NCBI RefSeq assembly: GCF_018977255.1 | Contig: NW_024704742.1 | Location: 61,816,001-61,880,000 of the forward strand | Reading direction: 5' to 3' | DNA from: Callorhinchus milii | Taxonomy: Eukaryota | DNA length: 64,000 nt | Part shown: in pieces, positions 1 through 13,410 of the stretch | Position numbering within the stretch: the stretch's first letter is position 1 | Layout: every line of letters starts with the position of its first letter | The notes under the pieces: model-generated | Database searches by the model: none | Told to the model about the DNA's origin: nothing | What the model saw: the letters and a program-made list of their open reading frames with translations, nothing else | Position numbers and translations under genes: made by a program

Positions 1-696
1 CTACCACATGGCACTCATAAAATACAGTCAATCCACTTCACAATATATTCTGCAAAGCGCTTCGAGACATTTCAACGATGCAATAAGGCGCTATATCAAA
101 TGCGAGGATTATTTATTATCTTCATATACTTGCTTGCGTGTTTACAACCTGAGCAAGATTGAGCAAATCTTAGGAATTTGAAGAAAGTTAATTTGAAAAG
201 TCTTCAACATAAATATTTCTTAATGGCTATTGTCACAGCCGTTACAGAGGATATAATTTCGTTGTTTGTTGCACACTGCATCTTTTTTATTGAAAATATA
301 TATCATTAAAGGTGTATAGTTAAAGGTGTACTGTTCTATCCTGGTGGTTGGGGGTGATAAACTCAAAATTATAACAGGGTGTTTAAAAATAGCCACCAGT
401 CAGCGCTTCTGGATTGTGAATTCACTTCCTGTACAAAATAACATCAGTAGACATGTGCAGTACACAGGATGTGACATCAACGGTACTTCCTGCGCATAGT
501 GCACTCGCACACTATGAACACCCACATTGAAATACAGCACCAATTAAGAAACAGAATCTAAGTAATATAAAAAAAGATGTATACTGTTCAACAAACCAAG
601 TAAACAAAGAGATAATCATGGACTCTCTAAAATCATGCATTATTTCTTAATTTCTCCTTACTGTTTTTGGAATTTGTATCTAGATAAATAATAAAA

Positions 697-910
697 TAAT
701 AATCCTTGTATTTGATATAACGCTTTTCACGTCTTCTAGATGTCTCAAAGCGCTTCACAGAATATGCTATAAAGTGAATTGATTGTACAGTTGTGGACGA
801 AATGCAGCAGCCAATTGGGCACAGCAATGTCCCACAAATAGTCATGGATTGAAAATGACCAATTTTTTTTTTTTTTTTTGCTTTGGAGGGATTATTATTA
901 GGCTTGTGGA
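697..910 (-). mobile_element. tRNA-derived SINE, 5'-truncated
   Basis: Shares body and (ATT)n tail with the other SINE copies. Confidence 0.85.
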
Positions 911-1059
911 GTAAGGAATAAATACATTTCCTCAAATACATTTTTAGATAAATAAATGTAATTGCTCTGAGACTTTGCCCTGCACGAAGAGCACTATATA
1001 AATACAAGATATTTCCTAACAATTCACATTCTGTCCTTTTTACAAGTCTTGCTATATAC

Positions 1060-1340
1060 AACACAAAATTACATTTGTATAGCACCTTTCATGTCAGGAG
1101 GACGTCCCAAGGTGCTGGACAATCAGGAATTTGGACCCGAGCTGAGGGTCAGGATCGGGGAGGGTGGACAAAGCTGCGGTCGAAGAGGGGGGTTTTGAGA
1201 CGTGCCTTGAACGAGGCAAGGGAGGGAGGCAAAGGGATTGGGGGATGGAGTTCCAAAGAGTGGGGGCAGAAAGGCTGAAGATCCGAACGCCGATGGTCAG
1301 GCAGGCCAGGTGGGGGTCATGGAGCAGGCCACAGCCTGCT
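1060..1340 (-). mobile_element. L2-type LINE 3' fragment
   Basis: Tail ggacgtcctcctgacatgaaaggtgctatacaaatg on the reverse strand. Confidence 0.75.
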
Positions 1341-1517
1341 TAACGGACGGAGCGGACAGGTTGATATCGAAAAATATATGGAATAATACTCAGTCCAATG
1401 GGTCAATATGCCACTACCGCTTTCAATTCAATCTCTGGGAGATACAAAAGAGTCACTCTAGACTTCCCATGGCAACAGCATTGTTGTGACAGCTTTTGGC
1501 TTTTGCGCTAGATTTAC

Positions 1518-1593
1518 CTGTAAAATTATGGTTCGCCATGCTGCTGGAAGAACATTCTTCATTCGTGACAGGGAAATCAGAAGAATAAGTGCT
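1518..1593 (-). CDS. CEP44: CEP44 internal exon (76 nt, STYSSDFPVTNEECSSSSMANHNFT); later exons presumably lie left of the window
   Basis: Acceptor tctctag| and donor G|gtaaat. Open frame in phase with the preceding exon. Weakly resembles the Ser/acidic segment after the CEP44 coiled coil. Confidence 0.75.
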
Positions 1594-1947
1594 CTAGAGA
1601 TAAAAATAAAATGATTCACTGTTGAAACATTTTTCTTCTTGTGGTTCACTTCTGCTTTCAAACTTTGTTGTAAAATAACTTCAAATTCATTTCAATTCTT
1701 TTTTCCTTTTGAATGGCTCAACTAATTACTTTGAAATAAGAACAGGAATAGACCATTTAATTCATCAAGTCTATTGACCATTTTATTACATCCTAGCTTT
1801 TGCATTTATGATCTTCTGCGCCAGTGCATTCCACATTTTCAAATCTTTTATGTAAAGAAACGTTTTTTGATCTCAATAAAGATACTTTTCAAATAAGAAA
1901 ACAGACTCCAGCATTTCCTTAAGTCATTAAAAAGAATTTCAACTTGC

Positions 1948-2157
1948 CTTTTTTGAACGGAGCATCAGCTCAGTTTCTAACAGAATAACACGGCTCATCA
2001 GATTGTTCCAGTCCTTCTCATCTATGATCACCTTTCCTTCTGTTTCACGTTCTAAAGTCTGCAACTTACTTTGTACCACATCCAGTACCTTGAGCTTCTC
2101 TTGGCATTCAGCAATCTGACACTTCAGCATTTCAATCTCTGAATGGCAGTTTGATTC
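1948..2157 (-). CDS. CEP44: CEP44 coiled-coil exon (210 nt, ESNCHSEIEMLKCQIAECQEKL...EGKVIIDEKDWNNLMSRVILLETELMLRSKK)
   Basis: Matches recalled CEP44 motifs AECQEKL, GKVxxDExxWxNLxSRVxLLETE. Acceptor gtcacag|, donor AAG|gcaagt (GC type). Confidence 0.93.
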
Positions 2158-2318
2158 CTGTGACAATCAGTTCAGAAAGAGATACCAAATTTAACAAAAC
2201 AATTATGACAATAGTTTTGTTTAATAGAAGCAATGGGTCAAGTCCATCTGCAGTTGAAGTCTGAACTCCTCTACTTCCCCCATCAGGCATCTGAATACAA
2301 TCAGAATCATTTAAATTA

Positions 2319-2832
2319 TATCACAAAATACAATTGAACCTGGTATAAGGTAGCAACTGGGGTTCATTAAATCACAACCAGCCTTATAACAGAGACACGA
2401 TAGTTGGTCAGCGCAACTGTCGTGCACATCAGAAAAAATATATAATAGCAGATTTCAACATAACTACTGCCTCTACAATAGGTGCCGTCCTTTAACAAGT
2501 TCTATCAAGTTACGGAAAGAGCATGTTAAGCAAAAATTATAGAAAATTGCAAGATAAATGTAATTGACTAACCACTTCATACTTGAAATCATATCCATAG
2601 ACATGTCATGCCACTTTTTCAATAAATACGGATTGTGTTGAAGCATTCACAAAGTTGTAAAATTTTAGCTTTATTGAGTTTCACTGATGAATTCCTGTTT
2701 TATTAGAGGTAAATATCTCAATGTGTATGACAGTTGCACTGACCAACCATAGTGTCTCTGTTATAAGGCTGGTTGTGATTTAATGAACCCCAATTTCTAC
2801 CTTATAACCAGGTTCAATTGTATTTTGTGATA
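2319..2832. mobile_element. MITE-like non-autonomous DNA element with about 110-bp terminal inverted repeats
   Basis: 2319-2430 (tatcacaaaatacaattgaacctgg...) is the near-perfect reverse complement of 2721-2832 (...ccaggttcaattgtattttgtgata). TA at both ends. Confidence 0.8.
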
Positions 2833-2834
2833 CA

Positions 2835-3147
2835 AGTCCTGTAGCTCAGTGGTTAGAGCACCCGCCTTGCAAGTGAGACACCAGGGTTCAATTCCAGGCA
2901 GGGTGAAACTTTGGGCAAGTTTCCTTACTCCACACACCTGATAATAATCCCTCCAGAACAAAAAACAATAATACATTGGTTATTTTCAATCCACGCCTGT
3001 TTGTGAGTCACTGCTGTGCGCAATTGGCTGCCGCGGTTTGCCCACAAATATACAGTCAATTCACTTTACAGCATTCCATATTCTGTGAAGCTCTTTGAGA
3101 CGTCTAGAAGATGTGAAAAGCACTATATCAAATGCAAGGATTATTAA
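2835..3147 (+). mobile_element. tRNA-derived SINE, near full length (short variant)
   Basis: A box tagctcagtgg, B box ggttcaattcc, CORE-like gggcaagtttccttactcc, L2-like 3' tail. Confidence 0.9.
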
Positions 3148-3622
3148 ATAGACTAGGACCATAGAATCTTACAGCATAAAGGCCACTTGACCCATCATGT
3201 TTGTACTGGCGGTTTGAAAGCCATCGCCATTTGGTCCTAATTATCAGTCTTTTCCTCATACCCCTGCAAATTAGTCCTTTTTAAATATTTAACATAGAGA
3301 GCTATGAGAACATGCTCCTGCTCCCTCAATTTCTTGTATTTTTTAATGAACATTATACAATGTGCATATTCACTTCTCAACATGGAGAAAATTCAGAGTT
3401 AATACTACCTATGTGTATAAACATACACACACACACAATGTATAATATATAACCAAGGTTCATTGTAATTGTTGTGTGCTAAATGGGTACAAAGCATTGT
3501 ATCTTATGTATAAAAACATCAAGCAATTTAAAACAGGATTTAAAAAAAAAGTTCTAAACAGAATGTAATGAAACGTTTCACTGTGAAAGAAAAGATTACC
3601 TACCAAGAGTCTAAAAACTTAC

Positions 3623-3757
3623 TTCACATTTGCAAGTAGTTTCTTTGATGAATTCATTCAAATTCACAGAATTGTCTTCAGTAACCTCAATTTCAGGACT
3701 GCATAAATTGGTTTGCAAAGCTTCATTGCCTAAATGTCGTTCTACCAACGGTTTTAT
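3623..3757 (-). CDS. CEP44: CEP44 internal exon (135 nt, IKPLVERHLGNEALQ...TTCKCE)
   Basis: Acceptor tatttag|, donor GAA|gtaagt, phase 0/0, open frame. VxRHLxNE motif as recalled for CEP44. Confidence 0.85.
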
Positions 3758-4149
3758 CTAAATACAAATTCAAAGCATTATTCTCTGCTTTTTATAATTA
3801 CATGACATCATGGTGATATTCCTCAATGCATAGGTAAAAGTATCTGAGCTGTGAGCAAAAAGATTGCGAAAATGCTCTCTAGGACAACCCTGGTAATTTC
3901 TATCAACCCAGTGAGCTGAAACTTGCACTTGCTAAATGTCAAATGACCAACTGGTGACTATTTTCCTGGGGAAGGAGGGTACGCGAGGGTCTCCTTGGGG
4001 GTGAACTAGCTTCAGGATGGTGTGCTTCACAACAGAATATCAAAAATTAAGTCAATCTTCTGTGGTAGCCTCAGTCATATCGTTCCTAAGGCAGCAGGTC
4101 TAGCTATGATTTTAACTAGTTAGACTTCATCAATACACTCATAGATCCC

Positions 4150-4960
4150 CAAATCTTGGCTCAAACCAACTTGCACCTTTAAACCTTACATCCACGTTCT
4201 TATTAGCTCTGTTTTCCCTTACCTCTGCAATGTGGCCCGGCGCTGCCACTACATCTCCTACATTTACTGAGACCCTCATCACCTCCAGACTTGATTACTC
4301 GAATGCCTGGCTCACCTGACTCCACAGCTTCTCCCCACGTAAGCTGAAGACAACACAATACACTTCACATTTATATAGCGCCTTTCACATCAGCAGAATA
4401 TCCCATGGCACATAAACCACTCAGAACTCTGCAGTCCATGTCGTCTCCCACATCAGGTTCAGATAGCTGATCACCCCACCCTCACTAGGCTCTACTGGCT
4501 CCCCATCTCCGTGGCCCGGCCCCATAATACTTACGCAGCCTCCTAGAACCCTATTGCTCCAGCCGCTCAGCAAAGATCAGGCTGCTTCACACCCCCTGCG
4601 CTCTGGAACTCTGTCCCAGAATCCCTCCTCCTTGCAGAATCCCTCCCTCTCACACCTTAAGGCTTATCAAATTCCATTTAACAACCTTTCTGTTCAATTG
4701 TACTTTCATCTACTTTCCCTTAACCTCCTCTCCTCCCCCGCCCCCACCCCACTCCCATATACAGGCAGAAGACAATAACTTTTTTTAACCTGGTTTTCAT
4801 TAATTAATTGATAACAAATAGTTGATAAATAACTGATACCTGTCCCCTCCCTTGCCTCCTTTAAAGTCCATCTCAAGACCTGCATTGACCTTCAAGACGC
4901 CCTGGGACGTCCTCCCAATGTGAAAGGTGCTATATAAATGCAATTTGTTGATGTTGATAA
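4150..4960 (+). mobile_element. Degenerate L2-type LINE 3' fragments
   Basis: ITSRLDY-like remnant plus L2 tail ending in ttgttg. Confidence 0.7.
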
Positions 4961-5089
4961 TTACTAGTTTTTTGATAAAAAAAATTCCTCTGAATTTCAT
5001 TTATTAAATCTATGAGTTTAGATACAGGCTAAAGTTCAGGCATAACATAGTATAATGTCATGCTATACAGAGCAGACTCTGCTACTTAC

Positions 5090-5182
5090 CGTAACATTTT
5101 GTTCAGGTGGTACAACTTTGGGAAGTAATCCTTCACTCTTTGGCTTTATAAAATGTGTTTTTTTCTTTGGTTGTAACTTGAT
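5090..5182 (-). CDS. CEP44: CEP44 internal exon (93 nt, IKLQPKKKTHFIKPKSEGLLPKVVPPEQNVT)
   Basis: Acceptor tttttag|, donor ACG|gtaagt, phase 0/0, open basic linker at the expected position. Confidence 0.8.
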
Positions 5183-7290
5183 CTAAAAATTAGAAAACAT
5201 TTCTTTTCTACAGCTCATCAATTCTTGGTACATTGCTATTCATCAGCTTCACAAGCTGTTCTCCTCACAATTAAATGGCTACTTATATCTAAACCTCAAT
5301 TTTTTCTATGCCCTTTTATAGAACAATGACAATCTATTTTTCCAGTTCCTCAAAGAAGATTTCTTCATTCATCAATGAAGTCTAACCAATAGCTGCTACT
5401 TCTTATCTTTGATGGGTCTACTCTGAGCTCCTATCTCCTACAACATTTCTTAGCTTTAAAAGCTCCATTGATCTCAAATGGAATTTTTGAATCTTCTCTA
5501 TTGGTGTCCCCTTTCATACAACTCAATAAAGCCCAGGTATGTCCAAGATTAAATTTTCACTCTGATATCTAGGGAGGGTCTTCTAATGCTCCTTCTTACT
5601 CGAACAGAATGCAAGAAAAGTTCGCTGTCTGCTTGGTGATCCTACTCTCATTTCCACACTCTTATATTCTCTCACTTTCAATATTTGCTTACATCTCTAT
5701 TGCATTCTTCCTACAAGTCACAAACACACAGGCAAGCACTTAACAGTGCAAACAATTTGTTTTCAACAGATAACTAGGCAGGAGGAATTTAGATAACATT
5801 AGGCAAATAATAGTTCAATATAACAAAGTGTGAAGTAAGACACTTTGGAATGAAGAATGAATCCATCATTATAAATGTGGAAGCACTGGGGCATAGCTGA
5901 ACAAATGGGTTTAGTGGTCCAGGAAAGCATTAATGTTACTGGTGCCTTGTGATGGTAATAATGACCTTGAGGAAGACTCCAACAAGGAATCTCATGTATG
6001 TCATCCCAACTTGCAAGACCTCGGCTCCGACTTAAGATGGCTTGGAGGCAGATTTTGGGAGTTAATATGACATGAATGGGTTCCCTGCTGGAGATGCAGT
6101 TTACATTATGAAGTGCTTTATCTAGCGGGAAGGACCAAGTAACACAAACACTTATAGAAGAAATTATTTTTTAGCCACATTGAGTTATGGTCAGAATTGT
6201 TCCAGAAAGCTCTCTGACTTCTAAGCTGCTGTTGAATTAAGTTTTAATTTTGCATTTAGTATTTGAATAATTTTTTTTTCAATCTGCACTTAACCCTGCT
6301 GCACATGGATGCAATTTACTGAATGCATTACAGATGCTAAACTTCAACAACTACACAAACAAAACTGGATAGCAGGTTTATTTCTGAAACCCAAATATTA
6401 CAATTGGGATATTAACTGCAATCATTTGTATTTCTTTACAAATTTCAAACAGGTTAAAGAAATGAATATTAGTTGATTTACATTTCCGATAGGATCTTCA
6501 AGCCTACAAACATCTCAGAAAGCCAAATGAATCTAGCAAGACTTAGGATGCTGTTCCATGAATTAACCAGCAGAAGGTGCACTTACTTTGTGGAAAAGAA
6601 ATGTTGGCCGGCCAAGAACTGGTAAGCCACTATTATACACATCAAGTAAGAGGCGTACTAAACTGATATAGTTACTCACCTCAGTGCCTCAGGGGTGGTA
6701 ACTAATTTCAGTTAACCTATTTTTCTGTACAATCAGTTATCTTGTCCAGCAATTTTTACTCATCAGCAATGTACAAAATTCACACAAAATTAAAATGAAA
6801 TTTGGTGATGGAAATATAACTTTGTGGGACAATGCTGTACGCAAATTGGGCTGCCAGGTTTGCCAACAACACACAAAGTCACCTCACTTTACAGTAAAAT
6901 CCTGTTAATCCTCTTGACGTAAAAGGCACTATATTAATGTAAGGCTTTTTTATTAATATAAATTTAACATCCATTATTAGTGTACCATTGAATTATTTTT
7001 GAGTTCACAGTTTGCATAGTAAAAGGTTAGAAAAATTGACAACTAAGAGGTTAAAGAATCTCTGCAGATACCACAACAGGTTAAGAAGACATGTTACACA
7101 TTGCAATTTATCAGTCTAAAGACTTTCTGTTTAGTAGAACATTTTATTGCATTACTCTTTTCCTATATTTGATAAACAGTAATATGAAAAGCCTTCCAAA
7201 TGCCTCGGCCTGATTATAATCTTGTAATCACTCTCAGATAGGCTTCACTATGGATGAAATATAAGGATTTAAATGATTATGAACAAATAC

Positions 7291-7437
7291 CTTGTTGAAA
7301 CCGTCCATTTCCTTGTGTCGGTTTGTCACAATATTGATTATATCACACAAAATCTGTATCTTTCGTTCTGCAAACCCACAATGTAGAAATTGGTCCTTTG
7401 AGAGCACTGGTTTATACTGGAACTGGTCTCGTAGTAC
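7291..7437 (-). CDS. CEP44: CEP44 N-terminal domain exon (147 nt, VLRDQFQYKPVLSKDQFLHCGFAERKIQILCDIINIVTNRHKEMDGFNK)
   Basis: Strong match to the CEP44 LRDQFxYKP..QF..CGFAExKIQI.CDI motif. Canonical AG/GT sites. Confidence 0.96.
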
Positions 7438-9559
7438 CTAGTAAATAAACATTAAGAAAAGGCAATATTACAATCTAAAGATAAGCACTTGACCAGGAAA
7501 GATTCTACTAAAATTAGAATATCTACATTTAATGCACATAATAATAATATTATTATTAATGCACATATTTCTTATTTTAAATATAGAAGAACCTAACGAA
7601 TGAAATAACTATTTTGAACTTAATCTATTTATTTACATCAATCCGGAAAAGACTACACCACGGATGATTAACAGATGGTATAGGGTACCAGGTGGTATGG
7701 TTGAGGCAAAGACACCTGACTCACTTAAGAAACAGTTTCCTATGTAATGGGAATACAATAAGGTTAATATTCTGGAAAGATGAGAACTAGTTGCTGTGCA
7801 CTGTTGGAGAGGAATAAATCAGGTTAAGTATAATCCCAATGCATATTTCACGCCAATTATAAAATGATGCCAATACTGTACTATGCCTATGTAAAGTAAT
7901 GCTATGTTGTAACAAATGCAGGTTTCATTTTATGAAACTGTGGAAATTGCTCACTGTGTTTGTACAAGTCATAGCACTCAATGTTGTACATGTTGAATAT
8001 TAGACTAGTAAGAGGTTGTTAAAGATGGCATCAACAATAATCTAAAACTACTTGTAAATGAATAAAAGTATTTCTGAGATCTATTTTTAAAAGCTCTTAG
8101 TATGAGTCCAACATATTCAGTTCAGTATACACACACATAAGCACAATGGGACGTAAATGCACACAAGAAAGACAAACATCTTTCCCAATTTTCTGTGATT
8201 TTGAGAATTCTGACAAAAACTGTCTGTGCCTGTAACCCTTCACAAATGAAAGTCTAAAAGCTTTTACTTGTGGAAGCATAATTTTATCATTTGATATTGA
8301 GGCCATGAATGACTCAAAGTTAAAAGCACCCAGTATCTCATGATTTGAGTATATTTTGACAAATTTGTCTGTAAAACCCTGAAAAACGACTTTGCCAATA
8401 AGGGATAAAGGCAATAGCCTGTGTAAACGTATTCAAGTTAAACAAGCCTCAGACTTGGATACTCATAAGAGCACTCTGTTCTGAAACAGCGCACATTAGT
8501 AATCAAAAGAAAAACATGTGTGTTCAGTTTAACTCAGACACATATAACCTTTAAGAGATGAAAGTTTGCTCGTCTCCATTAACAATGTTAATTTTACTAA
8601 AATCCTCAGTGCTAAATGATCCCAATTTTCAGACATAACATTTAAACATAGAACTATTTTGGACAGATAGTGTTATTTGAAAAAANTAACTCAGTGCCAA
8701 GTTACACTACAGTTCCTAAATGCTTTAAAAATATGCACAAATGTTGGATGGAGTACCTTAGGTCACTTCTGAAGCTCACTGCTAAATTCCAATGATGGGG
8801 TAACATAAAAAATATCTAGTTTCTACTTCCACAACACTTCACATTTATTATTTTTTCTACGCAAAGCTGTAAATAACCTCCTTTCAACTTAAACATTAAT
8901 ATCCCAAACCGTAATATCCATTTGCTCTACCTTCCCTCACACCCAGATGCAGTCCCTCCACAAAAAAAATGCTGTACAATAAATTAAAATCAAAGTAAAG
9001 CTGGTAGTGCAAAAAATAATAAATAATCTGATTCCTCAGATTGAGAAATAAATTGTTCTGCCAGCCCCCCAAAATACCTTTTATCATCAGGTTCTCCCTC
9101 CTTTCCCCCAAATCCCTTCAGCACAGGCTTTTTCCCCCTTTTTGCACCTTATATATTAAAATTTAAAGTCAATTTCACATTGGCTGAAGCATAAAATGCA
9201 ATCTAAATGTCGCTGCTCACTAATGAGTGAATTTTAGGCTTCAGGGAGTTCAGCGAAACGATTTGTATTCAAGGCAGTTTTGCCAGGTGAGCGATTTCAA
9301 CTGCTGCAGTTTGCCTCTGTAGAAGACTTCTATTGAAAGAAATCCTTAAAATTTCTTGTCAGGTCCATCTGTTAAAAGAGATTTGTGTATGTCCAGAGAT
9401 CTACTCAGTGACAGTAACAGTGGTTTCTGAACAGGGAAATATAACTATGCTTTACTACTCCCTCCTAATCGCTGAAAGTGAGTTCAAATATTAAGGGAGG
9501 ATAAGTTGATTATCCAGCAGCATGAATAAGGAACCATAATTTCCTACATCCAAAGTGCA

Positions 9560-9870
9560 TTCTTGACATCTCCCCCATTTTCCCTTGCAGCTGAAATCAA
9601 TTTGTTCCAAGTTGACATACACATTCTCTCATTGGGAGGGAGTTGAACATCAATAAGGTCTCTTTGCCACTCAAATGGTGTCATGGGATCTTTAATGTCT
9701 ACCTGAACTAACAGGGGGGACTTTGACATCCAAAGGATGGCACCCACAGGAATGCACCAATCCCCCAGCACTGTATTAGTGTCTAGAACACGAGTCCCAA
9801 CCTGGGGCTTGAATCCAAAATCTTGTGACCAGAGATGAACATGCTACCAACTCATCCAGGCTAACACATT
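9560..9870 (-). mobile_element. Degenerate DeuSINE-like copy
   Basis: Reverse complement contains aaagatcccatgacaccattt and a tRNA-like head, homologous to 34325-34560. Confidence 0.6.
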
Positions 9871-9894
9871 GGAGAGGGAGCAAAGGAGATTTTC

Positions 9895-10332
9895 CGGGAT
9901 GGTACCAGGAATGAGGGACTTCAGTTACGAGGAGAGGATAGAGAAGCTAGGGCTATTCTAATAGAAGTTTTCAAAATTAAGAGGGTATTCGATAGGGTGA
10001 ACAAGGAGAAATTATTTCCACTGGTGGGTGGGTCAGTAACCCAAGGGAACCAATTTAAAATAGTTGTCAAAGGAAACAGAGGGGAGGTGAGGAGAAATTG
10101 TTTCACACAGTGAGTTGTTCGGATCTGGAATGCATTGCCTGACAGGGTGGTGGAAGCCGATCCGATAACAACTTTTAAGAGAAGTAGATAATTATTTGCG
10201 GAGGACACGTTTGCAGGGCTATGGGGAGAGTGCGGGGGAGTGGGATTGAATTGGATAGTTCTTTTCAAAGAGCCAGCACAGACACGATGGGCCAAATGGC
10301 CTCCTTCTGTGCTATATAATTCTATGATTCTA
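9895..10332 (+). mobile_element. CR1-type LINE 3' end
   Basis: CR1 ORF2 C-terminal remnant (...WNALP..VV) and 3' end gatgggccaaatggcctccttctgtgct...attctatgattcta. Confidence 0.85.
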
Positions 10333-10778
10333 AGACCTGTCAACAAAATGAGATATACTGTATCTGTCTGTCTTTGGGTAGAGCTGTGCAACTCTGAGGG
10401 ATCAGAGTTGCACAGCACTCATCCTGCCTCTAAGCACTCTGGAACGCCACCCGGCGTGAAGGGCGCTATATAAATGTAAGTTGTTGTTGTATCAGGATGC
10501 TCGTCTTTTTCACAAATAATCCATCAATGTATCCCTAATTATGAATGTCTATAGACACACGACTCAGCTGCTGAAATTGAATTAAAGGAATGCTTTCATT
10601 CTTGTGCACCCCTATCTCCATTCCACACCACCAATTCTTAAAACTGGAGATGTGTGACAATTTAATAATAATCACAATTTGATTATTAGTGACGACAAAA
10701 AATTAAATTAAAAAGTAGCAGTTCTTTATCAATTTAGAATTTCAATAATTGAATGGGCAAACCATCAAAAAAATGTAC

Positions 10779-10926
10779 CTTATAAACAGCTTCAATAAAT
10801 CGCAGGTCATTTTTTCCTGCAAGTTCCACTCCATTTGCCACAAGCTGCTCAGTCAAATGAGTGGAGTAAGAAGTGAAGGCGTAGTTCATGATTGGTAGAA
10901 AAGCTGTCGCATCACCCTTAGCGAGC
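10779..10926 (-). CDS. CEP44: CEP44 second coding exon (148 nt, (G)LAKGDATAFLPIMNYAFTSYSTHLTEQLVANGVELAGKNDLRFIEAVYK)
   Basis: KGD..LPI..FTSYS..VEL..KNDLRFI.AVYK motif. Acceptor cttttatttgcag|, donor AAG|gtac. Requires a phase-2 upstream exon. Confidence 0.96.
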
Positions 10927-12899
10927 CTGCAAATAAAAGGTCTTGAGTAAACAATTCATACTTTTTCGTACCTCCATAAACTGTAACTGACATTTATATA
11001 TCTATATATAACTATGTTACAACCTAAAAGCACTTAACACTCTTCAAACTAATCTCAATGAACACAGTAGACTACCCTGATCGTAACAGTCTAATTGTTC
11101 ATAGTTCTATTCAGCGATGACAATTTATGGGATGAACCTACTGCCATTGATTTTATCTGTACTATGAAATCTCTCACTTGATACTGATGCGCACACATGC
11201 CAAATAATTTTGAGCCTTATAGTACAAAATATTCAGATCCCATGAAAACCTACTCAGTTCACTTCTAATTCATGATCAGCACTAAATGTGAGCCCAAATG
11301 CACATCTCCATTTACTCCTTCTATCTCTAATGTATAGGACCATATAAAAAAAACCAATTGGCAACATTTTATTTTGTTGAATATTCTGTTTACTTACAGA
11401 TTGCCAAATATAAAGAATTGTTATGCCAAATTACTAAAATTTGATTTGCTAACCTCAGCACTACACTGAATTGGTTACACAGAATTTCATTAATGGATTC
11501 CTCAGTGTTGCACTGCAATCAGAATAGTAATGGATCTCAGAAAGACCACGTTATTTGTAATCTAAAGTGGATCTTTGAGATTGAAGTGTTCCCTCTTGCC
11601 AATATTGAATTTTTAATCTTTTTTTATTATTTATGTCAACAAAACCCGAGAGCTCAGTTTGTTGCCAAGGACTTTGGAGCTGAAATTTCAGTTTTGAAGA
11701 GTAATCTTGCACAATTGGTATGGATGGCTACCTTCATCCCAACGTTAATTTCAATATCTTTCCACTCACAATGCCCTCCATTGTTAAAGCTTATTGAGTT
11801 TTTTCTGAGCCATAGCTAAATGCTTCAAGATAAAGCAGCAGTTCTGATTTACTCTGAAGTAGGACTAATCTATTCACTGGTCTCAACTCAAATACAAATG
11901 GTCCTGGACAACAGATAAGACATCTAGATCTCAGTTTATCAATACCTGTACATTGTACTGATATGTAGATATTTAGTCTTTTTGATTTACATGTCAAGGG
12001 CACAAATTCAAGAAGTGGCCTAAGTTTAAGATGAGGCACTGTAATACAATGCAAGGATTACCATTATTATTATCACATAAAGGGAAGGTTAAAGATATAT
12101 ATACACATACACACACAAAAAAAATGCATGGCATGTGAAATTCTCTAAATATTAAAGCGAATGGGAGAAAAGCTGGAGAATTAGATACAATTGGTTTATG
12201 TAGAGAAAAACACCAGCACAGAATAGCTTGAAGGGTTGAATGGCCAGCTTTTGAGCTGGAGTATTCTGTGAGTTTAAATCGGACATCTACTAAACTTCTG
12301 GGAAACAAACTTCAACATTTTTATTCAAGTGCATATAGCTTTCAAAATCCATGTATTCTAACAGAAAATATATGCTTGAGACTAACTAGCTTCCCCAAAT
12401 CACTACAAATTTGCTTCTCATTGACAGTGAAGCATTCTTTACTGTCTGATTTATTTTATAATCACATTTTTTTCCATAGGCGCATCATTAACCAGCACTT
12501 AGCTGCCATTGGCAAGGCCATTCCCACTCAGGAAATTTCTGAACATTTCCCTTCATCTTGTGCCGTATGGAACAATTCATGAAGCATCCCTGGGGAAAGT
12601 CAGACCTCTGGAGTTCCAGTCATCTATCAAAGATTGTTCACTGTGAAGGAATTGAGGAGCTTAGGAACAGAAATGAATCAAGAAGAAAAAAAATAGGATT
12701 AGTTTTTTTTAAGATCAGTTTACTCAGCTAGCTATTAAGTTTGGACTGCTGTTATGTATAGCTTTTCAAAATCCTGTACTAGTAAGTGCACAACAACGGT
12801 AGTTTTATGTTGCGAGCATTCTTCCTCAATTCCCTAAATGTGTTAAAAACACACTGCATGATATGTATTACCCAATGACTGAATACCACAGAAAATGTA

Positions 12900-13410
12900 G
12901 GCACGACAGCCCAACTCCCGGCTTGTCGGCCTTCCCAACTCTTCCCTCCACAAGCTGCAGATCATCCAGAACTCTGAGGCTCGTGTCCTCTCCTGCACCA
13001 GGCTCCGTGACCCTATCACCATCACCCAGAGGACAGAGTTCAAAATCTTCTTTCTCGCCTTCAAGCCCTCGACAGCCTTGCTCCTTCCTACCTCTGCGAC
13101 CTGCTAACCCCATATCAACCTGTCCATTACGTCTGCTCAGCAGGTTCCAGCCTACTCCACATCAGCGGTCGGGATGTCAGCCTCTCTGCCGCCATCCTTT
13201 GGAATTCCTTGCTCCCTCCCTTGCCTCCTTCAAGGCATATCTCAATATCAAGATCCCCTGCTCTGACAACTCATTTGGACGCCCTTCTACCGCTACCCTC
13301 TCTGTCCTCCACCCCCTCATCCCAACCCCCAGCTCGGGTCCAGATCCTTGGACCTTCCTCCCGAAGGTCCTCCCGACATAAAAGGCGCTTTACAAATGTA
13401 ATTTGCTGTT
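12900..13410 (+). mobile_element. L2-type LINE 3' fragment
   Basis: HKLQIIQNS remnant and L2 tail. Confidence 0.8.

Noticed and set aside
400..430. Next CEP44 exon after tattttgtacag on the - strand
   Set aside because: The in-phase reading stops after about 9 codons with no resemblance to the CEP44 C-terminus; the true exon is probably outside the window.
2835..2905. tRNA genes at SINE heads (also about 15240-15308, 30615-30687, 46930-46998, 48804-48875, 63090-63160)
   Set aside because: Each runs straight into SINE body sequence and lacks a proper acceptor stem.
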